DNA of 63,750 nt, counting the filler, from Xylographa opegraphella (lineage: Eukaryota): assembly GCA_022813865.1 (NCBI GenBank). It is 6 parts of 6 records of this genome, joined end to end, with 100 filler letters (N's around TTAATTAATTAA, not from the genome) between each part and the next. Parts side by side here need not be neighbours in the genome. Positions count along the whole stretch, not along the records: positions 11,019 to 21,898 come from JALDZX010000171.1; positions 21,999 to 32,722 come from JALDZX010000172.1; 4 more parts are not named here. One strand, 5' to 3'. Shown piece by piece: positions 13,118 through 24,482 of the stretch. The notes under the pieces were generated by a model. It searched no databases, was not told where the DNA came from, and worked only from the letters and a program-made list of their open reading frames with translations. How positions within the stretch are numbered: the first letter of the stretch is position 1; every line of letters begins with the position of its first letter. Position numbers and translations under genes: made by a program.

Positions 13118-15863
13118 ATGACTGTTAATGGCCATTTCGCGAGGGTTGGGGCTACGCCCACTGAGGAGCAATACGAACGTGGCATTCAGATTATTAATGA
13201 GGACCAAGAATTCAAGTACGCGCCTGTTGTTCTCATATGCTGCACAGGTCCACTCGGATGAGCTCTGACATTTCTTCATGTTAGTGATCACATGTCGAAC
13301 TATTTGACAGCTGAGAAGGTCGCTCAATCCGGCTTCAACTACCACCTTATTTCTGTTTTCGGCTCGCAGTCCACGGGAAAATCGACGTTGCTCAACCAGC
13401 TATTCAATACCGAATTCGGGGTCATGTCCGAATCCGAGAGACGGCAGACAACAAAAGGCATATGGATGTCGAAGAACAAGAATCCCAACGCGGACGAAAG
13501 GCAGAAGATCATGGCCGGCAACATTCTAGTAATGGACGTAGAGGGAACAGATGGCAGGGAGCGCGGAGAGGATCAAGATTTTGAGCGTAAGAGTGCTCTA
13601 TTCGCTTTGGCAACCAGTGAGGTTCTTCTCATAAATCTTTGGGAGCATCAGGTTGGGCTTTATCAAGGTGCAAATATGGGTTTGCTGAAGGTCGTGTTCG
13701 AAGTGAATCTGGAATTATTCCTGAAGGACAAAGACAAGAGGTTGGCAGCATCCGCTCCATTCTGAGCGTATGGTAATTGCTTTAGGTCGAATCCTCGGTC
13801 CTTGCTGTTCTTTGTGATACGGGATCATCTAGGCACAACACCTATTGAAAATCTACGAAATACCCTGGCCCAAGATCTCACAAGAATATGGGCAGGGCTA
13901 TCCAAGCCACCCGGGATGGAGAAGTCAAGGATCGAGGATTATTTTGACTTTGCATTTGCGGCACTCCCGCACAAGATTCTTCAACCCGAAAAGTTCATAA
14001 CAGAAGTAGCTAAATTGGGGACTCGCTTCCGGGAGGGTCATCGAGACCCAAGAAGAGACATACTCCGTGGTGAACAGGAACTGGCTGGAGGCGTTTTCCT
14101 TCCCGAATACCACAGGCGAATCCCTGCAGATGGGTTCTCGATCTATGCACAAGGCGTATGGGACCAGATCGTGAATAATAAAGATTTAGATCTTCCAACA
14201 CAGCAGGAATTGATGGCACAGTTTCGTTGTGATGAGATCGCGCGAGAGGTGCTAGTTGGCTTCGACGAGGCTGTTGGACCATTCGAAGCGAAGCAAACGA
14301 ACGCAATCAAAACTGGACAACCAGAAATTTTGGGTGGCTTAGGTGCGGTGATGCGGACTGCTAGGATGAAGGCCCTCAAAGGCTTCGAAACCGAGGCAAG
14401 CAGGTATCACAAAGGTGTCTTCGGGCGAAAAAAGATGGAACTAGAAGGTAAAGTCGACGGTAGATTGAAATCTTTGTTCTCAGGGCAGCTATCTGCCGCA
14501 CACAAACTCGGCGTTGGCAGTTTTAGTGAGGCTGTCAGTGCTGCTGTCAAAGCAGGCCAGAAGAAAGGTGCAAGCTACGATTTTGGAGAGATAGTGGACC
14601 GGCTAAGGACGATAGCATTGGACAGATTTGAGAAAGAGGCGAAAGGGGTTGTTGTTGAGGGCGCCCCATGGAGTAGTTACAAACAGGAGGTGGCGCTATA
14701 TGAAAAGGAACTCAGTGAAGTTACGGGGCGCCTTAGAAGAGCCGAAATGCGCCGTCTAGCAACGAGAAGCGAGCGGTGGGTACGGTCACGGCTTGGAGAA
14801 TCCGTGGGATTAGAATTCAACGCGCTGGGCTCTGGCAGAGGAGGCTCGGGAGCACCAGAAGAAGCGGATATGCCTCCAGAAAAGGATATTTGGGACCGGA
14901 TTTGGAAGCTTTTTGTCACAACGGTCGAAGAGGCAGAGAAGCGCTTCATCGACCGAGCACGAAGCTTCGACGCTAGCTCCGAAGAGGTTGATGTCGGACT
15001 TTGGCGACTGAGAAGGAAGTCTTGGGGCGCCCTTCGAGCCAAGATTGACGAAGAGATGATGGAAGGTAACTTGCTACTGAAGCTGCGTGAAAACTTTGAA
15101 GATAAATTTCGTTATGATGATGCTGGTGTACCTAGAATATGGAGGCCGACAGACGACATTGAAGGGATTTACACGAAGGCGAGGGAGTCGACTTTGCTCC
15201 TAATACCTTTGCTGTCACGTTTCCAGTCATCACGGACATCATCTCCACCAGCCCTAGATGAGTGGATTGGTAAGATGCCGCTCGCTGCGACGCCTGCAGA
15301 CGAAGAGGATCTTGCCCCTATAGGGGGCTTGGATGAAGAAGATGGCAAGAGCTTGGAAGAAGAGATGATGTTGCTAAGTGACCCCAAGAGGCAGGATCTA
15401 GTAATCCGCTTCAAAAAGACGGCCGATGGCGTGTATGTTGAAGCCAAGAGAAGTGCGATTGGTGGTATGACACAGGTGCCGTTATATTTCTACGGACTTC
15501 TTTTCGCACTCGGCTGGAATGAGATCATTGCAGGTAAGAATGCTTGTGTTGTTATGGTACAACAACTGCTAAACACTTCTAGTTCTACGCAATCCTGTAT
15601 ACTTCATGTTCCTGATCGTTCTCATGGTTGGCGCCTACGTAACTTACACTTTAAACCTTTGGGGTCCAATCCTGAAGATGACCAATGCGGCATCACAACA
15701 GGCGTTGGAGGAATTCAAGAAGCGACTGCGAGAGTTTTTGGAGTCTTCAGACACTGGCCGCCAGGCGATAGCCATGTCAGGATCAAGTGAGATGCCGATG
15801 CAGAAACTGGACCGGTATGGGCAGGCAACAGTGGTAGACGAAGAACGGGATGATGATATATGA
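13118..15863 (+). CDS. SEY1: Sey1/RHD3 atlastin-like ER-fusion GTPase; exons 13118-13215, 13285-13740, 13786-15533, 15583-15863
   Basis: P-loop [45 protein letters not shown]-terminal TM hairpin [13 protein letters not shown]. Confidence 0.96.
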
Positions 15864-16064
15864 GTCTTATAGCACAGGGCTTGTTGACGTATATGTTAAT
15901 TGTACCATAGCATGATAACTGAATATATATGCGAGCTTGGTGATTCATACTCGATTAGAGAATGATATTTGTAACTCCCCATTATATTCTATTTTGTTAA
16001 CATTATTGATCCCTTTACTATAAATTGCAACGTCCAATTAATCATGCCATCTATGTCTTCAGTT

Positions 16065-17237
16065 CTAGTACTGCCCTAATGCGGGCCTGTTGTCGGCGGT
16101 GAAAACATCATGAAGGGCATCCAAACCAGCCATATGCTTCGCAATGCTCATTCCATGATCCCTCTCTTGCTCCATCCTTTGCCCGTCCCAAACACCGACC
16201 TCTGGGCCCATCAACGACTGGGAAAGAACACTCTCCGCCTGCAAGCCCGATTGTGACGTTATCGAGCCAATATCGATTATTTGTGAGGCTCGGTCTCCTG
16301 ACAGTCCTGGTGCGGAACAATTTCCGCTCGTCGATGTTTGCTCGGCAATAATTGGTCTTGGAGGCAAAAGTGCAGAAGCTTCGAGGACTCGTTCGGGTGA
16401 AATAGTCACTCTGCCTTGCTTAAACACATATTTCGCAACAGAGGTTGCGAAAATGGCCGGGTGCGGCGTCGCCTGCGCATGCTCAACCCGCCGCTTACCT
16501 TCAACCGTCTTCTTCCATGGCTGCAAGGTGTAGCCTCTTGGTTCTACCGCGTTACTCTTCACGATATGGCTCACAAGGTATAGCCATTTTTGGTCCCAAG
16601 TCAGCACCCTTGTCCATATCTCAAATGGCTCGAGCGGTTTGATCTCTTTCTTAAAGGAGCAGGTTACTCCTCCGAGCATGATATTGAACGAACCCTTCTG
16701 CTCAGCAAGAAATTTAGTTCGTGCCTTTCCCATTCCAAGGCTCATGAGACATGCGATGTGGTGCAAACGGGACACATCGAGGTCGCTAAAGTAGGTACTG
16801 TTAGATTTATGGATATTGTAGTCACATTCCAGGATAGAGGTGCGAGACGAGGTGATAATTGGCTGGAAAAGAGCAGACGAAGCTGTTGTTGAGCGTCCGA
16901 CCGTGCGGGGCCGAATGTGCGTGAAAAGCCCATGAAACAGTCGAACCTGGAAAAGTTGTCAGCATACTGGCACATATTTCCAGATTCTAGGTGCGACCCA
17001 CATGCCAAGCAAAGGGTAGGCTCTTGAGATTTAGAATCGCAAAAACAATGGCCAGTATACGCCAAATTGATCCCGGCTGCGAAAGGGCGAGAATGCTTCC
17101 CAGGCGCAGCTTCGTGGCAGGGTAAAGCACTACAATGCTAGCAAGGCCGGCCGCTGATTATCAGTATTATAACTTTTAGTTCAGAACTCTATACTACCTG
17201 TCATCCACAGTATTCTGTTGCCAAGCATGTTTGCCAT
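16065..17237 (-). CDS. HotDog-fold thioesterase-like protein with N-terminal TM segments; two introns
   Basis: Spliced MANMLGNRILWMTAAGLAS...WRILAIVFAILNLKSLPFAWHFRLF...ECDYNIHKSNSTYFSDLDVSR...FKKEIKPLEPFEIWTRVLTWDQKWLYLVSHIV. Confidence 0.82.
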
Positions 17238-17911
17238 CGACAGCTCGAGCAGGAGCGCGGCCCGATGCTTGTGAGGACCTTGCATCCCAAGTACTTTCAA
17301 CTACATACTATATTCTAGCCGAGGCACAAGAATGATTCCCTCCTTGGGACTAGCTGTTGCTCAGACAAGCACACATGGCAGGACTACCTTATCTACCAAA
17401 CTTACCTGCAGAAGGTTCCGGTTGTCTGGCTCACATCTGCTCCCAGGTGCAAAGCTGGATGAATTTGTGCAGCTAGTAAGGCAGATATTGAAAAGTCGGA
17501 GAACAACAGTGTCCATACTTCGTTTTTCATTGATGAATAGGTTAGCGTGGCATTCAACTGTTCCTTAGAGAAGTGATGTTGTCCATTGACGGATACATGA
17601 AGAATATATAAAGTCCTAATGAAGACTTACAAGTCTTTCCAAGGCTTCCATTAACTCACACAGATATTATCTGCTCGTATTTTTACGTTCGGCAGCCTCG
17701 AAACCATTATGGCAGCGCTCATTTCTTGCTGGCACCGGTCCCCAGGATGCCGGACCAATCCAAAGCCTAGTATACAGAATATACACTGCACTGGCAGTCA
17801 ATCGGCAATCACAAGATTGCTCTGAAGCTCCTTGATTGTGTAGAGATCAAAATGGATGGTACTTTAACGAGACCTGCGTGTAGAGAGTTTGCTATAAGAG
17901 TATGTATGAAT

Positions 17912-18100
17912 TTGAATGAGCATTAATAGTTTGCAAATCAGAGGTGAGTTCAGAGTACTATGTTAACGAAGGTCGATAATTAATCACGCTGCGACTACGT
18001 ATGGGGTTGAATGAGTCTTAATAGTTCGCAGATCGAAGGTGTATTCAAAGTGCCATATAAATGAAGGTCGGTTATTGATCACACTTTGCATACGAGGGGA
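17912..18100. repeat. Diverged tandem duplication of a ~95-bp unit
   Basis: Units start TTGAATGAG at 17912 and 18007 and share TTAATAGTT.GCA.ATC, GAAGGTCG and ATCAC. Confidence 0.8.
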
Positions 18101-18348
18101 GGATGTCGGCTTGAGTGATACGTGCATACCCCGGAACAACCAACAGAACAAAGAACATCATATAATCAAGCATCGGGAATGCTCCTTAGAAACTGAGTTG
18201 CACAGCCGCAGATTCAATATAGGACTCTTCATCACCATTGAAAATTCGATTTGTAATAGGGTGAACGCGATCGGTGCCCTTATCTAGTCCGTCCTAAACC
18301 CAACATTATTAAGCACTCCTTCAATTCGCAAATACACTCACAACGGCC

Positions 18349-18917
18349 TCACAGTAATCCGATAGTAACGTCACCCTTGACCCGCGCATAAAGATCCACC
18401 TAGAAAGAAGTTCACATCAACCCAATAGTCACATCTCCCTTGACCCGCGCGTAGAGATCTACCTCGACTTCCAGATCCAGTTCGATCTTGATTTTCAGAC
18501 TGCTGTCCTTCTGATCCGGCTTGACGGGGCGGTCGAGGATGCGCGATTGGCGTACAACGGGTTGTCGGCCTCCTGGCGGTTGCTGTTGTGCCGCAGGGTT
18601 GTTCTGCTGTTGCTGAAGGGCGCTGCTGTACTGCTGTTGCAGCTGCTGGATCTGTTGCTGAAGAGCGTTGTTCTGCTCCTGCAGATTCGAGTCTTGGTTT
18701 TGGGTTTTGGACTTGCGGTTGCCGGCGGGTTGGAGAGCTTGTTGTGGTTGTTGTTCGGAGTCGGAATTTTGGTCGGAATTATCGTTCTCTGTCCTGATCA
18801 ATTGGTCAGCTGTTGATCCGATGTGCAGTGCTTGTCTCGGCGTGTCTACTGTTTGACTTGCGGTGCAGAGGTCTGCGAGTTTTTCGGGGCAAGTTTGGGA
18901 GGAGACTTTTGCGACAT
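18349..18917 (-). CDS. Gln-rich conserved fungal hypothetical protein with two alternative C-termini (stop at 18412 unspliced, or 18349 after splicing 18400-18462)
   Basis: ATG at 18917 (MSQKSPPKLAPKNSQ...), one intron near 18796-18849, C-terminal SSLKIKIELDLEVEVDLYARVKGDVTIGL[M/L]. Confidence 0.8.
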
Positions 18918-19494
18918 GATTCCTATTTTTGCGACGTCGTAAAAATGGTACTGAGAGAGGACGGTAGGGTCTGAGTAAGGGTCTGGATAGAAACGCAGGG
19001 GCTGGCTGTACAATTTATGGCAAAGCTGAACAAGTGGCTGGGAGTAGTACAAGTACAATTTGTAGGGGGTACTTCCATACCATCCTGTCATAAAAGCTGG
19101 AACTTGGTCATTGATGGGTAGGGGGGTCTGCCCTCGATCGTGCGAGGGTCAAGGATAGAGACTATCCAGTTCCGCCGTGGAAGACCATTGCGGTCATCGT
19201 GCATACGGGCTCACGGTTACAGTAAAACGCCGCCGAGGCGAGGGTTTCAGATGGGTTCCTTGTTTTTGCGGATCGGGCCTGCCGATGACCAACCGCCATC
19301 CTTGCAAGCTCTTCCAAGTCTACCTTAATAAGCCACAAGTGGATCGCGGCACGATGTACGCAATAATCTACCTGTCGACACCACAATTTCCTTGTCTTTA
19401 ATCGGTGTTGATACCATGACTACCATAAAAAGGAGTCCGAATATTGAATTCCATTACGCCGCCGTACTTTTGTCCTAAGGTTAAGTCTGAAGCA

Positions 19495-20214
19495 ATGGTC
19501 TTAGGTATTCTAACTGCGGTCGCGGCCTGTCCGGCAATCATTGGCACCACCGAAGCTGTCCGTCAAGGGCAAAGGAACAATGCTAAAGAAAGACATCGAG
19601 GCCAAAAGGCCAATCTGATTGTGACATGTTCGGGAAGGTCGAAGCATGCGGCGCAAATTAATGGCGCTATGGTTGTGTTACGGAATAACAAGGTCAATGA
19701 CCACACCCATAGGCCGCCGCTCGACGATTTCGATCAGTAACTCTAACCTATATCTTGTATATAGCTCTACATCGACGTGACTGCAGACGAAGATCGAGAG
19801 TTCAATAAACCAGCTGGCCACCCGTTCTCTGGGTACTTCCTACCACATCCTGAGCACAATTGGAGATGGAAAGGAGAGGGGATGGTTTCGACAATCATGG
19901 ATGACCCTCCTCAGCTAAACTGGATCTATGTTGACAAGGATACGAACGAGGTCAAGTATGGCACGAAAGTTGAAGCGAATGGCCAACTGGTCGGACCTTG
20001 GAACTGTACCAAAGTCGACCGCAGGATCATCTTCGATGGCTGGGAGGGTTTTCTTGCCGTTAAAGAAGGCCCCGATACCTGGGCGCTCTACTTTGATCGG
20101 GATGATAATGCTCTGAAAAACAAGGTGTCAGATAAACGAATGTTGGAGATTGAGTTGATCAAAAAAGAGAGAAAGAAGACAAAGGAAAGTGCAGATGACA
20201 AGGACTATATCTGA
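19495..20214 (+). CDS. Conserved fungal hypothetical protein, divergent from the Gln-rich gene; exons 19495-19692, 19765-20214
   Basis: MVLGILTAVAACPAIIGTTEAVRQGQ...HPFSGYFLPHP...GMVSTIMDDPPQLNWIYVD...WEGFLAV...WALYFDRDD; GT-AG intron keeps the frame. Confidence 0.8.
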
Positions 20215-21251
20215 CTTCATGGTATCCGGGCCAGGATACCACTTCCATGGCACCACGAACGGAGTGGCAAGCTTCTGCGAAGCTTCCCCTCGCGATCTGG
20301 TCCTGGGGTGATAATCCGGGCCTTAGCTCCATCGCGTGGCAATTTTCATTCTTGCTGCGTTCCCTAGGCGCCATTTGTTGGTAAGGATGAATTCGTCTTA
20401 CATGCCTACGAGCTTGGTCGTTACTTTTCGCAAAAACAGCCGTGCGATCATAGTGCGTCGTGAACTGTCAGAGAAACTGTATTCATCCATGATTAGGGTA
20501 TGGCTGCAATGCACGCCCTACAATAAGACTTTTAATGGGCAAGGGGGGGATTATTGACGGGTATTATCGAAAGTTGAAGGTGTAAGATCAAGTTTATTGA
20601 AGGTAAGAAAATATTCAGGGCTTTCGCCCTGGATAGGGACGTCTAGCAAAAATCTGTTAAGTCTTGGCAGTGTGTCATTGGCCGACTAAGCAGTTTAGCG
20701 AAACAGAGGACTCCTGTTGATTAACAGGACGGCTTGGAAAACCCGATCGGGTAATAATTTACTGTCAAGATTCTTCATGTTTTATTAATTTAACAGAACA
20801 GATTTTGATTAAACGCCTTTAATATATCCTGAATTAATTACAAGGAAAATATTCGAATGTTTACCAAATGATCCAGCGCGAGGGGACCTCTCGCTCAATA
20901 TGCAGCGCTGTGGAGAGTCAAGGCCCAGGGGAAGCTAAACCTAAAAAGGGAATATTCTACTGATCGAAGCGGAAATACTGCTTCGCTAGCGCTCGAAGTT
21001 CGATTTGCACCTGTCACAATATGGGACCCTTATTTCGGGCCCATTATTGATCGATAATCGAATGTTTGTGAGGGTTCAGAGTGGCGTTCGGCCTGCCTGC
21101 CTGCCTGCTTGCCTGCCTGCATTCTAGGCGTAGTTTCTGCCTGCTCGCATTCTGGGCGTAGTTTTTTATTTAAAAAGTTTAATATATATAATTAAAATCT
21201 GCGATTTTGAATTTTACTCTTTAATTTTGGCTTGATAAATCAAATACGTTT

Positions 21252-21483
21252 TGTTACGGCTCGCTATCTCACCAGAAAAGCAGGCCTAGAACCACAGCTA
21301 TAGGTGAGCGATTTCAACCTAGAATAATACAAGGAAGCAAGTTTANNNNNNNNNNNNNNNNNNNNNNNNNNNNNNNNNNNNNNNNNNNNNNNNNNNNNNN
21401 NNNNNNNCTAGCCTGAGTCCCGGACGCGCTTTAGTCCCGTTCAGTCTATCACTTGTTAAGGTGCCATGTAACACGCCGTTACA
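21252..21483. mobile_element. Solo LTR family A
   Basis: TGTTACGGCTCGC...GCCGTTACA flanked by TSD CGTTT. Confidence 0.9.
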
Positions 21484-21898
21484 CGTTTTGTATTTCAAGT
21501 TCAAAATTTTGTATTTCATAATTCGAATCGATCGATCGAACATTATTCTGATCGAATATTATATTCGATTAAATAATGCATACGTAATTATACGTAATTA
21601 TACGTAATTTATATAAATAACGTTATTCACGTAATATTTATAATAATATTACGTTTTTAATATATTGTATTATATTGATTAATTATTTATATTATAATAA
21701 TTATTAATGAACACGAAATGGCTTTAAATATTATTAATTTATAAATAATTTAATTTAAAATTTAATTTAAAATTAATAAATATTTTTATTTTCTGATTTA
21801 AATCTATTTAAATTGTGAAATTCAAATTAAAATAAAAAAAACAAAAAAACAAAAAAACAAAAAAACAAAAAAACAAAAAAACAAAAAAACAAAAAAAC

Positions 21899-21998
21899 NN
21901 NNNNNNNNNNNNNNNNNNNNNNNNNNNNNNNNNNNNNNNNNNTTAATTAATTAANNNNNNNNNNNNNNNNNNNNNNNNNNNNNNNNNNNNNNNNNNNN
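21899..21998. other. Artificial scaffold linker, flanked by (AAAAAAAC)n and (TTTTCATTAT)n microsatellites
   Basis: N44-TTAATTAATTAA-N44. Confidence 0.97.
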
Positions 21999-22466
21999 TT
22001 TTCATTATTTTTCATTATTTTTCATTATTTTTCATTATTTTTCATTATTTTTTATTATTTTTTATTATTTTTTAATTATTTTTTAATTATTTTTTAATTA
22101 TATTTTAAACAAATATTTTAAACCCCTTTTTAATATATAAAATATTTATTAAAAGAGTTAAAAGCAAAAAAATTTGCTAAATATATTAAACGTGTTGAAT
22201 ACGCAAAAAACATGCTTTTTGAGCGACTCGTGAAACTTTAAATTTTAAGCAAGAATTCTTTTTGCTGATGTATACAAATGAATTATTTATATATTATTTT
22301 TCTATTTACCTACTATTTACATTGATGATTTTTGGCAGATATTTAAACCATTTTTGAAATTTTAATTGGTTAATGGACGCAAATGCGTAAATGATTTTGG
22401 AAGAAACTCCTGCGTTCCCAATATTTATGTTCGAATATGGCTAGTACGTCCCGCTTTTTATGACCA

Positions 22467-22507
22467 CCGCGAGATTAGGGCCGCGAGATTAGGGCCGCGA
22501 GATGAGG
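22467..22507 (+). repeat. 14-bp tandem repeat (CCGCGAGATTAGGG)x3 just upstream of GAL7
   Basis: Direct reading; the third unit is degenerate. Confidence 0.9.
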
Positions 22508-22594
22508 TATTCTTACGAATCATCACCTAATAAACAATCCACAACACATAATTATAATGTACCATACAAGCGGCTTGTTTCTATATATCGAGTA

Positions 22595-23937
22595 ATGTCT
22601 AAAGCAGTTCTCGACGAAATATCGCATCGCAGGTATAATCCTCTTCGTGGTAGCTGGATACTGGTGTCCCCGCACCGCACAAAGCGACCATGGCAGTGAG
22701 TCCCCTTCTGCCCCATCACCATTCTTATAGATGAAGCAATACGATACTCAGACGTAGTAGGGGCCAGCAAGAAGCAGCCTCGAAGACAAATTTACCATCC
22801 TACGATCCTTCATGTTATCTTTGTCCGGGAAATAAGCGTGCTCAAGGGGAAGTCAATCCCAAATATAAGAACACATATGTGTTCGTGAATGATTATAGTG
22901 CTATCAAGGAGGTCCAGAATGGCTATACTCGATATGACGTTGATGGAAGTAAGGTGTTGCAGCGGCAAGACACAATAACCTTGGCTGAATTTGACAGGTC
23001 TCTCCTCGTTGCTCCTACGAGCTGAAGCTGTAACAGGGAAGTGTTACGTGATCGCATTTGCAGCTGCTCACGACTTAACTCTTGCCGATTTGTCCCTGCC
23101 AGAAATTCTTGCAGTGATAGATACTTGGACTGAGATCTATACGGCTCATATATCGCCATTGTCACCCTTGTCCAGAGCCTTCTCGCCGACAGTTTTGCCA
23201 CCAGCAAGTCATGGATATGGGACGGCCAGTCATAACAAGGAACAATACCGCTATATGCAGATATTCGAGAATAAAGGTGCAGCCATGGGCTGCTCGAATC
23301 CACATCCTCACGGTCAGATCTGGACAACTTCCTGTTTACCCGAAGAACCAGGTCTGGAGTTAGACCAGTTGATAAAGTACAAGCAGGAACAAGGTGGTCT
23401 AAACATGCTTGAAGACTATGCGTCGTTGGAATCCGAAAAGAAAGAAAGGCTGGTATTTGAGAACAAAGCCTTCGTTGCAGTATGTCCCTGGTGGGGTACC
23501 TGGCCGTTTGAGGTTATGATTATTGCACGGCAGCATAAAAGAGCGCTCGTAGATCTTGAAAAGGGAGAGAGACAGGAATTAGCCGAAGCTATAGCAGAAG
23601 TTACAAAACGATACGATAATCTGTTTGAAACGCAGTTTCCTTACAGTATGGGTGTTCACCAGGCACCATTGACAGGGACTGATATCGAGATTAACGCAAG
23701 CCATTTACACATACATTTTTTCCCACCTTTGCTCCGGAGTGCAACAGTCAGAAAATTTTTGGTCGGGTTGGTCTTCGCATTTTCTTCATGGTATATCACA
23801 GTAAGGTTAATAATTGAGATAGATACGAGATGCTGGCAGAGCCGCAAAGAGATATCACGCCTGAACAAGCCGCAGTGCGATTACGCAATTGTGGTGGAAA
23901 ATTGTATAGAATAAAATCGAGTAATAAAATCGAGTAA
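22595..23937 (+). CDS. GAL7: Galactose-1-phosphate uridylyltransferase; exons 22595-22695, 22761-22948, 22998-23766, 23823-23937
   Basis: [50 protein letters not shown] active site, [32 protein letters not shown]. Confidence 0.96.
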
Positions 23938-23985
23938 TAAAATCGAGTAATAAAATCGAGTAATAAAATCGAGTAATAAAATCGA
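23910..23985. repeat. 13-bp minisatellite (AATAAAATCGAGT), almost six copies, containing the GAL7 stop codon
   Basis: Direct reading. Confidence 0.92.
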
Positions 23986-24299
23986 CAAAATTTCGTAGCA
24001 CGGTTTGTTAGATTGATTTATTGACTAAATTTATATTTAAATTCAAATAAATTACATAATTTATTGTTAAATGATATAAAATTTATGAGAGTTCGAGATT
24101 CAAAATAAATATTGATTAATTAATTAAAATTAAAAATATAAAATGTAAAATCGAAAGTTTCAATTATATATTGTTGAATTTGAAATGTATAAAATTAATT
24201 TTAATTAAGGTAAGGAAATGTTCAAGGCGAAACTTTAAATATATTTTATATTAATTACAATTGAAAATTTCGAAAAAAATATATAAAAAACTCGCTATG

Positions 24300-24482
24300 T
24301 GTGACGGCTATGACATCAGTCACAGGTAATAAGGGTCAGGCTGGATCAGGACTAGCACCTTTAGTATATAGTCTCGCCCATGGAGCAGCCTCACCGCTTC
24401 TCCATCTTAATCNNGGTTGAAATCGTCCACCTAAAGCTTACGTTCTAGGCGTGCTTGCGTGGTGAGTTGATGAGCCGTATCA
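24300..24482 (+). mobile_element. Solo LTR family B (183 bp)
   Basis: TGTGACGGCTATGAC...GAGCCGTATCA; TSD CTATG/CTGTG (one RIP-type transition). Confidence 0.88.

Noticed and set aside
22475..22494. TTAGGG as a telomere
   Set aside because: Only two hexamers inside a 14-bp unit, internal to a scaffold
23910..23985. CRISPR-like interpretation of the short repeats
   Set aside because: Direct tandem units without spacers in a eukaryotic genome
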